Notes under the pieces: model-generated
The model's database searches: none
What the model saw: only the letters and a program-made list of their open reading frames with translations
What the model was told of the DNA's origin: nothing
Translations under genes and position numbers: made by a program
Part shown: in pieces, positions 1 through 9,474 of the stretch
How positions within the stretch are numbered: position 1 is the stretch's first letter
How the letters are laid out: each line of letters begins with the position of its first letter
Assembly (NCBI GenBank): GCA_964202055.1
Contig: CAXNGS010000001.1
Location: forward strand, 224,186 to 288,185
From: Bdellovibrionota bacterium
GTDB taxonomy: Bacteria > Bdellovibrionota > UBA2428
Length of the DNA: 64,000 nt
Direction: 5' to 3'

Positions 1-160
1 CTTCCAATTGAAGCGGGTTCATTCCGTTTTTTTCAAGAGAATTGATTAACTGAGCAATATCATCGTTCATCCGGGAGTTATAGGTTTTGGTTTCGAGGAA
101 ATATCCGCCTATGACTAACCCCAGTGCAAAAAATATTTGTAAAAAATTTTTCCGATTCAT
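1..160 (-). CDS. hypothetical membrane-anchored protein, N-terminal part only (gene runs off the window start)
   Basis: ATG at 160..158. Translation is MNRKNFLQIFFALGLVIGGYFLETKTYNSRMNDDIAQLINSLEKNGMNPLQLE, with no stop before position 1. The N-terminus is hydrophobic. Too short for the ORF track. Confidence 0.3.
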   Translation of the reverse strand, partial: MNRKNFLQIFFALGLVIGGYFLETKTYNSRMNDDIAQLINSLEKNGMNPLQLE

Positions 161-261
161 CCCCTAAGTATCGCTGTATTTGTTGAAAAGTCAAAAACCC
201 ATAAGCTTCCCCTACTGTTTGATTTTCGAATGCATTTTTTGGCTAAAGACGAGCTATTTTT

Positions 262-849
262 TCAATTAGACGAAGGAGAGTTTAAGTAGGCATCCCGGAA
301 AAATTTTCGATCCACAACAAGAGCTGGACAGATTTCAAATCCAGCTGTCTCAAAATTTTGTTTAGCTCTCTCTAAATGAAACAGATCTGTCATTAAAACA
401 AGCTTAAGATCCCATTTTTTCTCAACAAAAAGATCCTTAGTGTGTGTGGCATTTTCCATAGTCGATAAACTTTTTGCTTCCTCGATAATTTCGATGCTTT
501 CCGTGAATTTTTCACCAACAGCTAATTCGCGAAACATTTTTTTCATGAGATAAGCCTCGGTCAGACCGTCTTTGCCTTCCACCGGCCCCCCGCTCATGAC
601 CAACGTGTTGCTAAGTAAGCTTCGATATTTTTTTATAAATTCCAGCGCCCCACGAACCCGGGCTTTTGAAATCGTGTTCAGAGTGTTTTTCGATGCCATG
701 CCACCGCCTAGCAGCACCAGCGGAACATTTTCAAAAAAACATTTGCTTTGAATCGATTCCTCGTGAAGCTTCTGAACGTTTTTTTCCCGACCACCTACAA
801 TGAGGGCACAGCCACTTAAAAAAATAATAAGCACAAAAGTTATTCTCAT
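262..849 (-). CDS. DUF218 (YdcF/ElyC/SanA-like) lipoprotein
   Basis: Signal peptide with lipobox FLSGC. VLLGGGMASK and LVMSGGPVEGKDGLTEAYLMKKMF match the DUF218 pattern. Lies 24 nt downstream of the methyltransferase operon. Confidence 0.6.
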   Translation of the reverse strand: MRITFVLIIFLSGCALIVGGREKNVQKLHEESIQSKCFFENVPLVLLGGGMASKNTLNTISKARVRGALEFIKKYRSLLSNTLVMSGGPVEGKDGLTEAYLMKKMFRELAVGEKFTESIEIIEEAKSLSTMENATHTKDLFVEKKWDLKLVLMTDLFHLERAKQNFETAGFEICPALVVDRKFFRDAYLNSPSSN

Positions 850-873
850 AAAGTGATTTTCAATCCTATAGAT

Positions 874-1905
874 TTAAGGCTTCTTAAATAAGTGATGAGT
901 CACGCACCATTCTTGGCCGTTCCGGTAATTGAATAGTTCAGCAACCGATAAGTAAAAAATCCGCCAGCGGTTCCACCAGAGGGTGACTTGGCCCGGATAA
1001 GTGGTCGCGAAGATTTTTAAAATTTCGGCTCGATTGCGGTCCATGTTGACGAGCCAGGCTTCACTGGTTTTGGCGTAATGGGTGCCGTCGAGAGTCCAAT
1101 GACCGACCGGCTCTAGACCCGCGGCAAAATACAAAAGCAAGTCATTCGAGGGCATTTGGCCGCCGCTGAAAAAATAGCGACCCATCCAGTTGTGGTCTCC
1201 ATCGGTTTCAAAAAAATAGGGGACCGATTTGTGAGTAAAAATGTGGATGAAGAGCAAGGCCCCGGAATTCATCCAACTGCTGACTTTTTCAAACAAGGCT
1301 TGGTAGTTTCTCATGTGCTCGAACATTTCGATGGAAACCACACGGTCAAAGCTTTCGGCAAGTTTGAGCTGGTTGATATCTGCGGTGATTATATTCACAT
1401 TTGTAAGTCCGCGTTTTTGGCATTCGCTTTGGATATGCAGTCTTTGGGGGGCAGAGTTTGAGACCGCGGTGATCGGTGATTTAGGAAATTTTTCAGCCAT
1501 AAATAAAGTGAGCGAGCCCCAACCACAGCCTAGTTCTAAAATTTTATGGCCGTCTTGGACTTGCAAGCGCTCAACGATTTGTTCGAGTGAGTTGATTTCA
1601 GCTTGGTTTAAATCTTGGGTGGTGTCGGTCCAAACGCAGGCACTGTATTTGCGCCGATTCCCCAAGCAGAGTTTAAAAAATTCAGGCGGTAGTTCGTAAT
1701 GCTGCTCATTCGCTTTTTTTGTTTCAATGGCGATGGCTGAATTTTTAAGGGCTTGGACGTGTTCCCAAGTTTTTGCCTGAGCGCGGTCAACTGTTTGGGG
1801 GATGTCTTCTTGAATTCGCTGCTGGATAAGCTTGCGAATGCCAAGGCGGATGATCGGGTCTGGGATCCAGCCTTTTTCGATGGCGGTCAGCAGTGGCTTG
1901 ATCAT
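874..1905 (-). CDS. SAM-dependent methyltransferase, cyclopropane-fatty-acyl-phospholipid synthase (CFA/mycolic acid methyltransferase) family
   Basis: SAM motif I ILELGCGWGSLT. CFA-family length (343 aa) and C-terminal YLSVAELFNYRNGQEW. 4-nt overlap with the upstream CFA-like gene. Confidence 0.8.
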   Translation of the reverse strand: MIKPLLTAIEKGWIPDPIIRLGIRKLIQQRIQEDIPQTVDRAQAKTWEHVQALKNSAIAIETKKANEQHYELPPEFFKLCLGNRRKYSACVWTDTTQDLNQAEINSLEQIVERLQVQDGHKILELGCGWGSLTLFMAEKFPKSPITAVSNSAPQRLHIQSECQKRGLTNVNIITADINQLKLAESFDRVVSIEMFEHMRNYQALFEKVSSWMNSGALLFIHIFTHKSVPYFFETDGDHNWMGRYFFSGGQMPSNDLLLYFAAGLEPVGHWTLDGTHYAKTSEAWLVNMDRNRAEILKIFATTYPGQVTLWWNRWRIFYLSVAELFNYRNGQEWCVTHHLFKKP

Positions 1906-3179
1906 TTAGAAATATCTCCCAGAGGTGAGTTCCCGCGCCAGCCCGATTTCGCAAACATCATTTGCACGTCGCCTACATTGCGCTCGATGAATCCGCCTTC
2001 GCAGTAAGCCAGATAAAAATTCCACATTCGAATGATCGCGGGCGGGTATCCAGCTTTTAAAATGGTGGCTTCATTGAGTTTCATTTGATCGCGCCAGTAG
2101 CGAAGGGTGGGGGGATAGTTTTGGGTGATGTCCTCGAGGTGAATCATGTTCAAATCAGTGTGGTGGCTGGCGACGTGCGAGAGTTGCAAGATCGACGGGA
2201 TGCAGCTGCCCGGGAAAATAAAGCGCTGGATAAAATCTACCGAGCGTCGAGCCGCATCGTAAATTTGGTCGCGAATCGTGATCGCTTGAATCAAAACTTG
2301 ACCGTCGTCTTTCAGGAGTCGCGAGCAGACTTTAAAAAAGTCTTGATAAAATTCGTGGCCCACCGCTTCGATCATTTCAATCGAAACTAATTTGTCGTAT
2401 TGGCCCTCGAGCAAGCGATAGTCTTTGAGTTGGACTTTGATGCGTTCTGAAAGTCCGAGTTTTTCAACTCTTTCTCTGGCATAGCTGTATTGATTTTTAG
2501 AGATCGTGGTGGTGGTGACTCGACATCCGTAATTTTGAACGGCATGGATGGCAAAGGATCCCCAGCCAGTTCCAATTTCAATGATGTGGTCATCGGCATT
2601 GAGTTTTAATTTGCGGCAAATTCGGTCGTATTTTTCGATGGAAGCTTCTTTCATGGTGGATGTTTCATTGGCAAAAATCCCGCAAGAATAGGTCATCGTT
2701 TCATCGAGAAAGAGCGAGAAGAAATCATTGCCCAAGTCATAGTGGGCTTCAATGTTGTTAGAAGATCCGGTAACGGTGTTTTTACGAGTGGAGTGATAGA
2801 TTTTTAAAAACGGATAAGAAATCTTGGCCCAGCCACTTTCAATGGCGGTCATGGATTCACGATTTAAAATAAAAATCCGAATCAGGTTCGTTAAGTTGTC
2901 ACAATCCCAATAGCCATGAATGTAAGACTCGCCAGCACCGATGCTGCCTTCAAGAGCAACGAGCGTGTAAAATTTTGGATTGTGAATTTGAATGCGACAT
3001 TTAACCGATGACGAGGGATCTCCAAAACTAGTGACCACGTTGCCTTCATCGATTTCGATGAATCCATGGCTAAGTCCTTTAAGTTTTTTATGGACCACCC
3101 ACTTAAGGGCTTTTTCAAATCCCGGCGGAAATTTTTTGGCCAATTTTTCAAAAGAATCGTCTAATAGGGCAACTTTCAT
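1902..3179 (-). CDS. cyclopropane-fatty-acyl-phospholipid synthase family protein
   Basis: 425 aa. Motifs HYDLGNDFFSLFLD, IIEIGTGWGSFA (SAM motif I) and YLAYCEGGF are typical of Cfa-type enzymes. Confidence 0.85.
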   Translation of the reverse strand: MKVALLDDSFEKLAKKFPPGFEKALKWVVHKKLKGLSHGFIEIDEGNVVTSFGDPSSSVKCRIQIHNPKFYTLVALEGSIGAGESYIHGYWDCDNLTNLIRIFILNRESMTAIESGWAKISYPFLKIYHSTRKNTVTGSSNNIEAHYDLGNDFFSLFLDETMTYSCGIFANETSTMKEASIEKYDRICRKLKLNADDHIIEIGTGWGSFAIHAVQNYGCRVTTTTISKNQYSYARERVEKLGLSERIKVQLKDYRLLEGQYDKLVSIEMIEAVGHEFYQDFFKVCSRLLKDDGQVLIQAITIRDQIYDAARRSVDFIQRFIFPGSCIPSILQLSHVASHHTDLNMIHLEDITQNYPPTLRYWRDQMKLNEATILKAGYPPAIIRMWNFYLAYCEGGFIERNVGDVQMMFAKSGWRGNSPLGDISK

Positions 3180-3194
3180 AAAGCCTCTTTCATT

Positions 3195-3968
3195 TTAATC
3201 ACGCCCCACTTTGGGGGCTGACTTAGGGTGAGGAACGAACGGAACTTTTTTAAGCCAAAGAATCATGGCCTGCCAATAAATCCAAAAAACAATTTGAAAA
3301 GTCATCAGCGGAAACTTCCAAAGTGGCCAATGCATCGTTCCACTGGTGAATTCATTGCGGTTCAGGGTGAGTGTTGCATCAAAAAAACACTCATCATTTT
3401 TGAAGTTTTCCAAGTGGATGCTGATTTTTTCATGACTGGGATCGTTGAATTGCCAGCGATATTCAAAGTCCATCGCCATAAACGGTGAAACATGAAACTG
3501 CTTGGAAAAATTTTGAAGCGACCGGGTATGGGTATCAGTCGTTGAGAAACGCTGGGCATAGCGATGAGTTTCTTTCCAGGGCGTGTTGGTGATTTCCGAA
3601 AGCACAAAAGTTGCTTGGCCTTGAGAATTGAAAGCGTAATAAAAGGTCACAGGGTTGAAGACGTAACCCCAAAATCGCAAATTCGTCAGCATGTTGATTT
3701 GGGTGACTTCAGAAGCAAGGGCCCCAAAATCTTCGCAGAGAATACGCTGCACTTCTGTTTTTAGATTTTTATGTTTCTGCCCGATGTAATCAGCTCGTCG
3801 GAAACTCACGACATTGTATTTTTCTACAGACCAAAATTTGGATTGCGAAAAAACTTCGTCAATTTCGTCCAGGTCCAGGTAAGCCATTAAAACGGGATAG
3901 GTGAAATGATTTTTTTTGGGAAAATTCCGTCGATGTCGCAGGCTTCCTGAAAAAAAAGCAGATTTCAC
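3195..3968 (-). CDS. DUF1365 family protein
   Basis: N-terminus [29 protein letters not shown] matches the characteristic DUF1365 start. 4-nt overlap with the upstream oxidoreductase. Confidence 0.75.
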   Translation of the reverse strand: MKSAFFSGSLRHRRNFPKKNHFTYPVLMAYLDLDEIDEVFSQSKFWSVEKYNVVSFRRADYIGQKHKNLKTEVQRILCEDFGALASEVTQINMLTNLRFWGYVFNPVTFYYAFNSQGQATFVLSEITNTPWKETHRYAQRFSTTDTHTRSLQNFSKQFHVSPFMAMDFEYRWQFNDPSHEKISIHLENFKNDECFFDATLTLNRNEFTSGTMHWPLWKFPLMTFQIVFWIYWQAMILWLKKVPFVPHPKSAPKVGRD

Positions 3969-5221
3969 AGGCTGATTCCAAACTGTTCAGCCACTCGAAC
4001 CGCGCTCCAGACTCCATCTTCGTGAAAACCGTTTCGCCAATAGGCACCAGCAAAATGCAATCCATTGATGCCCGATATTTTTTCCCAATCGCGGCGAGCT
4101 TGGTCAGAGGCCAGGTCATAAACCGGGTGATGATAGGTGAGTTGGCGCAAGATTTTTTTCGGGTCAATTTTATGAGTGGAATTTAAGGTCACCAAATAAT
4201 TTTTATCAGACTTCAAGTTTTGCAAAATGTTCATGTGATAGGTCAGCATAGCGCTGTCGCTAGAAACTTTTGGCACAAAATAATTCCAGGCAGCCCAAGC
4301 TCGTTCATTTTTAGGCAAGATGGAAGTGTCGGTGTGCAAAACGGTGTCATTGGCTTGATAGGGAATGGCTTCCAAGACTTCACGTTCCGCTTGGCTAGGC
4401 TTTTGGAGAATTTTTAGAGCTTCGTCGCTGTGACAGGCCATGACCACTTCATCAAAAGATTCTTGAGAGCCGTTGGCGAAAGTTAATTCAAAGGAAGGTT
4501 TAATGCTTTGGCTTTTACGGGCCACTGAAGTAACCGGGTTTGCTAATTGAATGCGATCAGCAAAAGTCGAGGTCAGGGCCGGAATGTAGGCTTTCGACCC
4601 GTTTTTAATCACTTTCCAGGTCGGACGTTTATCCACGCTGAGCATTCCATGATTTTTGAAAAAAACTCCGAAAGTTTTTAAAGGAAAATCTTCGATGCCT
4701 TTTAGTCCCGCGGACCAAATGGCCGAGCCCATCGGTAAAATATAATAGTGACAAAAATATTCTGAATAGTTTCGTTGGCGTAAATATTGGCCGAGGGTTT
4801 CGTTTCCACTGAGCGAATCGACCTCTGCGCTGAGCTCGCGGTTAAAGCGAAGAATTTCTTGAATCATTTTCAAAAATTTTGGATTTAATAAATTTCGTCT
4901 TTGGGCAAAAAGGGAATTAAGAGTGGTGCCGTTGTACTCAAGGCCAGAGCTTTCACATTTCACGCTAAAGCTCATGGAGGAGTCTTGGGCTTCGACTCCA
5001 ATTTGCTCAAGAATTTTTATAAAATTCGGATAAGTCCAGTTGTTAAAGACGATGAAACCCGTGTCGATGTTCAGACTCTGGCCCGCAGATTCAACCTGGA
5101 CCGTGTGAGTGTGGCCCCCAATTCGATTTTGGCTTTCGAATAAAAAGACTTGGTGTTTGCGCGACAGCAAATAACTTGCCGCCATTCCTGAAATTCCCGA
5201 ACCAATCACCGCGATTTTCAC
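3965..5221 (-). CDS. FAD/NAD(P)-binding oxidoreductase (amine-oxidase/phytoene-desaturase-like)
   Basis: N-terminal Rossmann motif [18 protein letters not shown]...[11 protein letters not shown]-terminal [17 protein letters not shown]. 418 aa. Confidence 0.85.
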   Translation of the reverse strand: MKIAVIGSGISGMAASYLLSRKHQVFLFESQNRIGGHTHTVQVESAGQSLNIDTGFIVFNNWTYPNFIKILEQIGVEAQDSSMSFSVKCESSGLEYNGTTLNSLFAQRRNLLNPKFLKMIQEILRFNRELSAEVDSLSGNETLGQYLRQRNYSEYFCHYYILPMGSAIWSAGLKGIEDFPLKTFGVFFKNHGMLSVDKRPTWKVIKNGSKAYIPALTSTFADRIQLANPVTSVARKSQSIKPSFELTFANGSQESFDEVVMACHSDEALKILQKPSQAEREVLEAIPYQANDTVLHTDTSILPKNERAWAAWNYFVPKVSSDSAMLTYHMNILQNLKSDKNYLVTLNSTHKIDPKKILRQLTYHHPVYDLASDQARRDWEKISGINGLHFAGAYWRNGFHEDGVWSAVRVAEQFGISL

Positions 5222-5278
5222 GCCGTGATAATACTAGAATTGGGGTGATGCTGAAGTCGGGAACGAGATATTTTTAAG

Positions 5279-6487
5279 TTATGTTTCCGAAGTGCCAAGA
5301 AGGGCTCGGACGAAAGGTTCTTTTTCGAAGCGCGAAAAGTCTTCGGGACTTTCGCCCAGTCCCAATCGTAGAATGGGCAGGCCTAATTCTTTAGCCACCG
5401 CGACCACTGCGCCACCGCGTGCGCTGCCATCGAGTTTGGTCAGGATCAGTCCTGTGAGCTTCACCGATTCGTTGAATTGCTTGGCTTGGCTGAGCATGTT
5501 TTGGCCGGTGTGAGCGTCTAACACCAGAAGGGTTTCGTGGGGAGCTTCACTCAGGGCCTTTTGCATGACGCGCTTGTTTTTGCCGAGCGCTTCCATCAAT
5601 TGGCTTTGATTGTGAAGTCGGCCGGCTGAATCACACAATACGAAATCGATTTTTTTAGCTTCAGCGGATTTGATGGCATCAAACAAAACGCTTGAGGAAT
5701 CGGCGCCCGGAGCGCCTCGGACGCATTCGATGCCAAGCCGTTGAGCCCAGATTTCTAATTGCTCGCCAGCGGCAGCGCGGAAGGTGTCGCCCGCGGCCAA
5801 AAGTACCGAGTGGCCGCGAGATTTTAACTCGGAAGCGAGTTTGGCGATGCTGGTGGTTTTTCCGACGCCGTTGACCCCTACAAACCAAATCACTTTAGGT
5901 CCGTTTTCCGGTTGATTGAGGGTGGGCCAGCTGGGCAAGGATTCGGCCGAGGCCAGCCAAGCACTCAAGGTGACGGCGGCTTGTTGTTTGGCTTTGGGAA
6001 TTCGTGAAATTGCGGGTTCGCTAGCGATGGCATCCCAGGTCACTCGCGAAATTAATTCTTCGGTATTTTTTAATCCTAGATCGGAAACTAAGCAGGCTTC
6101 TTCAAGTGCGCTTTTGATTTCGTTGATTTCAGAACGGGAACTGCCCCATTCAAATTTAAGACGAGTTTTGCTGAGTGCGCTCCACCAAGTGGGGCGTGTT
6201 GCTGGGCTTTTTGCAGGAGCCGCTTCATTGAGTTTGGGAGCGGCCTCGACTTTTAGGGTGGGTGGAATTTCTTCGGGCTCATCAATTTTTACGGGCTCAT
6301 TGTTGGGCGCGTTGAGCTCTTCAGTGTTGAGTCGGGTGCGGCCGGGCTTACGGCGAATGTAGAGAACGATGCCGAGCAAAAGGACAAAACTGCCGAGCAA
6401 GTAAAAGAGCGCGTTGATGGCTTCGAGGCCAGAAGAAGGATTGGATTCCACGGCCCACTTATAATGGGCAATCGCTTTGCCAGGCAA
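5279..6487 (-). CDS. ftsY: signal recognition particle receptor FtsY, with N-terminal transmembrane anchor and Pro/Glu-rich A-region
   Basis: SRP-GTPase motifs FVGVNGVGKTTSIAKLA, AAGDTFRAAA, CDSAGRLHN, ILTKLDGSARGG. Hydrophobic segment ALFYLLGSFVLLLGIVLYI near the N-terminus. Confidence 0.9.
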   Translation of the reverse strand: MPGKAIAHYKWAVESNPSSGLEAINALFYLLGSFVLLLGIVLYIRRKPGRTRLNTEELNAPNNEPVKIDEPEEIPPTLKVEAAPKLNEAAPAKSPATRPTWWSALSKTRLKFEWGSSRSEINEIKSALEEACLVSDLGLKNTEELISRVTWDAIASEPAISRIPKAKQQAAVTLSAWLASAESLPSWPTLNQPENGPKVIWFVGVNGVGKTTSIAKLASELKSRGHSVLLAAGDTFRAAAGEQLEIWAQRLGIECVRGAPGADSSSVLFDAIKSAEAKKIDFVLCDSAGRLHNQSQLMEALGKNKRVMQKALSEAPHETLLVLDAHTGQNMLSQAKQFNESVKLTGLILTKLDGSARGGAVVAVAKELGLPILRLGLGESPEDFSRFEKEPFVRALLGTSET

Positions 6488-6521
6488 GAGGTCCGGGGCT
6501 TCATCAGCCCCGGTTATATTA

Positions 6522-7157
6522 CTATCTCAGGAAATATTGGCAGCCCAGTGTGATTCCACCCATGACCATGGCGCCCGCGCCACCCAATCCAATGAGTCCG
6601 CCGATGATGTCCAGACCGGCTCCCAGGTCCGATCCTCCACCTATTTTGGCCAAGCTCCGGCCGATGATGAAGGCCACAAAGCCCACACCCAGCAACATGC
6701 CTGCTCCGACTTCGATTAGGGCTGCATCTGCGCTGGGGACCAGTGCGGCGATTGCGTCGTTTAATATTTGATCGCCCTTTGAGCGGCTCTCCGTAGGAAC
6801 GAGCTCGGAGCCTTTGATCGAATCCCAAAAGCTAAAAAATTCAATGAGTAGTTTTTGCTGATCCCGAGGGCTTGGGTTTTTAGCGATGACAAAAGTTTTT
6901 TGTCCGATGATTTTAGAATTCATTGTGTCGACTAATTGGAAATGGACTTCGTTGAGAGATCCTTGGTCGTTCCACTGATATTGTCCAATGTAACGATCGC
7001 CGAGCAGGGACGAAGGTGTCACGGTGGCTTCATTTTCTGAGCTGTGATCCATTTGCCAATGATCGTAGTCGGGGCGAAGGCTCCGACCTGCGGACACGTC
7101 GCTTAAGCTTGAAACCATGACCAAAAATAGGGTGAAAGTGGCGAATAACTTTTTCAT
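6522..7157 (-). CDS. secreted hypothetical protein with C-terminal glycine-zipper membrane segment
   Basis: Signal peptide MKKLFATFTLFLVMVSSLSDVSA. C-terminus GAGMLLGVGFVAFIIG...GGLIGLGGAGAMVMGG. No family recognised. Confidence 0.5.
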   Translation of the reverse strand: MKKLFATFTLFLVMVSSLSDVSAGRSLRPDYDHWQMDHSSENEATVTPSSLLGDRYIGQYQWNDQGSLNEVHFQLVDTMNSKIIGQKTFVIAKNPSPRDQQKLLIEFFSFWDSIKGSELVPTESRSKGDQILNDAIAALVPSADAALIEVGAGMLLGVGFVAFIIGRSLAKIGGGSDLGAGLDIIGGLIGLGGAGAMVMGGITLGCQYFLR

Positions 7158-7496
7158 ACAACCTCCGATTGCCGAGCTGGGCGCATTGTATAAAAATGAG
7201 AGTTCGGAGTCTTTGATTTAGGGTGACGTTTTTTGGTTAAATGTGTCACTCGTTGGGGCTGGACGGTCTGTGGAGCCTTTCAACAAGAACTCTGGTAGCA
7301 AGAGGGAGTTATGAGTAAAATCTTAAACTGGGAAAATTATTTAAAAGAAGCTCATCGGATAGCGAAGACAGGAATTGCGATTGGAAATTCAAAAATATTT
7401 GGAAAGCATTCAAGATTCAGACGGTCGAGTGCGTTTTCGATTTCCGATGCGGGCTTTTGTGGCTCGAAAAAATTCGTAAAAAAATTCGCAAAAAAA

Positions 7497-8036
7497 TTAA
7501 CGCTGCGGAACCAGTAAAATTTTGCCGGTGTCGTATTGATGAACGGTTTTTAATCTTTCCACAATCTCGCGGTAGCTAGATTCCGACATGGTTTTTTCTC
7601 GGGCCATGATCCACAAATAATCGCGGGAAGGATAGCCAATCACTGTGTAGGAATAGTCTTCAGCCAATTCGATTACAATGTAGGGAAGTTTGATCGGCCA
7701 AAAGGGTTGAACTTTCCAGAGCGCTCCGTTTCCCTCTTTTTCGACAAAACCTGTGAAGTGATTTTCCTTGTACTTCCCGTCAAAAGAACCCTTGTTGCAT
7801 GAAAAGGTGATTTTAATTTTGCTATCATTGATTTGATCGTATTGTTCGATGGCATTGAAACAGTTCTTTTCTAAATAGGATGGAATGTTCGCAATCACAT
7901 ACCAGGTCCCCATGAAACGACCGAGATCCACTTTGGGGACCGGAACTAATTCTGGAATTTTTGCTGAATTGCTTTGGCAGGCTGTCATCATGATTAAAAT
8001 AACATAACTCAAATTGCTTAATCTTAATGATTTCAT
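7497..8036 (-). CDS. blc: bacterial lipocalin (Blc-like outer-membrane lipoprotein)
   Basis: Lipobox IMMTAC. Lipocalin motifs GTWYVIANIP and DYSYTVIGYPSRDYLWIMAR. Confidence 0.8.
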   Translation of the reverse strand: MKSLRLSNLSYVILIMMTACQSNSAKIPELVPVPKVDLGRFMGTWYVIANIPSYLEKNCFNAIEQYDQINDSKIKITFSCNKGSFDGKYKENHFTGFVEKEGNGALWKVQPFWPIKLPYIVIELAEDYSYTVIGYPSRDYLWIMAREKTMSESSYREIVERLKTVHQYDTGKILLVPQR

Positions 8037-8064
8037 CTCGTTTACCTTAGCAAAGCATGATTAT

Positions 8065-9474
8065 TTAGGAATTGCTTGTGCTTTCTGAGCCGAGCACTCG
8101 ATAGAGGGTGCGTTCACTGATGCCCAGAAGTCCGGCGGCCAGACGACGATTGCCACCACTGAGTAAAAGTGCCTGGCGGATCGCGCGCCGCTCAAGGGTC
8201 GCTAGGTCTGACAGTGGCGGCATATTTTCAATCGATAGATCTTCGCCCTCCCCAAGGCTTCGGAGGTGATCAGGAAGTGAGCTGGTGCCCAAGAGCCCAG
8301 CTTGGATTTCGCTTTCGGGAGCCAGCACGAGCGCGCTTTCGATCGAGTTTTCCAACTCGCGAATGTTGCCGGGCCAATCGTAGGCCCAGATTTTACGAAG
8401 TGCTTCTTCGGTGATGCGCACCGGCGGCAAATGATTTTTTTCGCAAAGAGTGTCTAAAATTCCGGGCACCAACCACAACAAATCTTGTTTACGTGAACGC
8501 AGAGTTGGGATTTCGATTTGAATGACTTTTAAACGGTAATACAAATCTTCGCGAAACTGCCCGGCTTTGACCATTTCGGAGAGCACCCGGTTGGTAGCCG
8601 ATAAAATGCGGACGTTGACACGAACTTCTTTGCTTGAGCCCAGTCGATAAAATTTTCGTTCTTGAATGACTTGCAATAATTTTGCCTGAAGAGGCAGGCT
8701 CATGTCGGCAATTTCATCGAGCAAAATGGTCCCGCCATCGGCGGCTTGAATTTTTCCTTCGCGCGACTGAGTGGCACCGGTAAAGGCGCCTTTCTCATGG
8801 CCAAAAAGTTCGCTTTCTAAAAGATCCGCCGGAATGGTCGCGCAGTTTAAAGAAATGAAGGGACCCTTGGCTCGAGGCGACCAATGATGCAAAGTTTTGG
8901 CCAAATAAGATTTGCCGCTGCCGCTTTCGCCCAAAAATAATACAGTGGCTTCCGACGCCGCGGCCTTGCGCAAAGTTTCAGTGACTCGGGCATAGGATTC
9001 CGAGAGTTCTGATTGAGTTGATTCTGTGGAACTGGGCTCTACTAAATTCTGGGGTACTTTTTCGAGCAAGCGATCTACCGATTCGCGAAGGGCTTTGAGT
9101 TTGACGGGCTTGGTGAGCACATCGAAAGCTCCAGCCTTCATGGCTTTTACGGTGTCTTCGATGGTGCCAAAGGCGGTGATTAAAAGTCTTTGCACATCGG
9201 GGCGAATCATTCGCGCGGCTTTCAACAAATCAAGTCCGTCGATGCCTCCGGGCATTTTCAAATCGGTGAGCAATAATTTAATTTTGGGATTGGCGCGTAA
9301 AATTTCAAGGGCTTCGCGACCGCTGGCCGCCAGGTGAATGGTTCCATAAGATTTGCCCAATGCTTCGCAAAGGCTTTGGCGATTTTCTGCTTCGTCATCG
9401 ACAATTAAAATTTGAGCCGATGATTTTGTTTGGGCACTTTGGATTTCTGGCGGGTTCATGCTTTCTAAGCTCAT
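8065..9474 (-). CDS. sigma-54-dependent response regulator (NtrC family: REC + AAA+ + Fis-type HTH)
   Basis: REC domain ILIVDDE...LLLTDLKMPG. AAA+ motifs GESGSGKSYLAKTLH, ESELFGHEKGAFTGA, GTILLDEI. C-terminal HTH RRLAAGLLGISERTLYR. ATGA overlap with the kinase gene. Confidence 0.9.
   Translation of the reverse strand: MSLESMNPPEIQSAQTKSSAQILIVDDEAENRQSLCEALGKSYGTIHLAASGREALEILRANPKIKLLLTDLKMPGGIDGLDLLKAARMIRPDVQRLLITAFGTIEDTVKAMKAGAFDVLTKPVKLKALRESVDRLLEKVPQNLVEPSSTESTQSELSESYARVTETLRKAAASEATVLFLGESGSGKSYLAKTLHHWSPRAKGPFISLNCATIPADLLESELFGHEKGAFTGATQSREGKIQAADGGTILLDEIADMSLPLQAKLLQVIQERKFYRLGSSKEVRVNVRILSATNRVLSEMVKAGQFREDLYYRLKVIQIEIPTLRSRKQDLLWLVPGILDTLCEKNHLPPVRITEEALRKIWAYDWPGNIRELENSIESALVLAPESEIQAGLLGTSSLPDHLRSLGEGEDLSIENMPPLSDLATLERRAIRQALLLSGGNRRLAAGLLGISERTLYRVLGSESTSNS

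Noticed and set aside
5679-5888. Arg-rich ORFs on both strands inside ftsY.
   Set aside because: They are embedded in the conserved GTPase domain of ftsY and are frame-shadow artefacts.
7311-7517. 68-aa highly basic ORF with a GAGGGAG RBS-like sequence, overlapping the blc 3' end convergently.
   Set aside because: It has no recognisable motif, very short RBS spacing and low-complexity KKF repeats. It cannot be supported as a gene from sequence alone.
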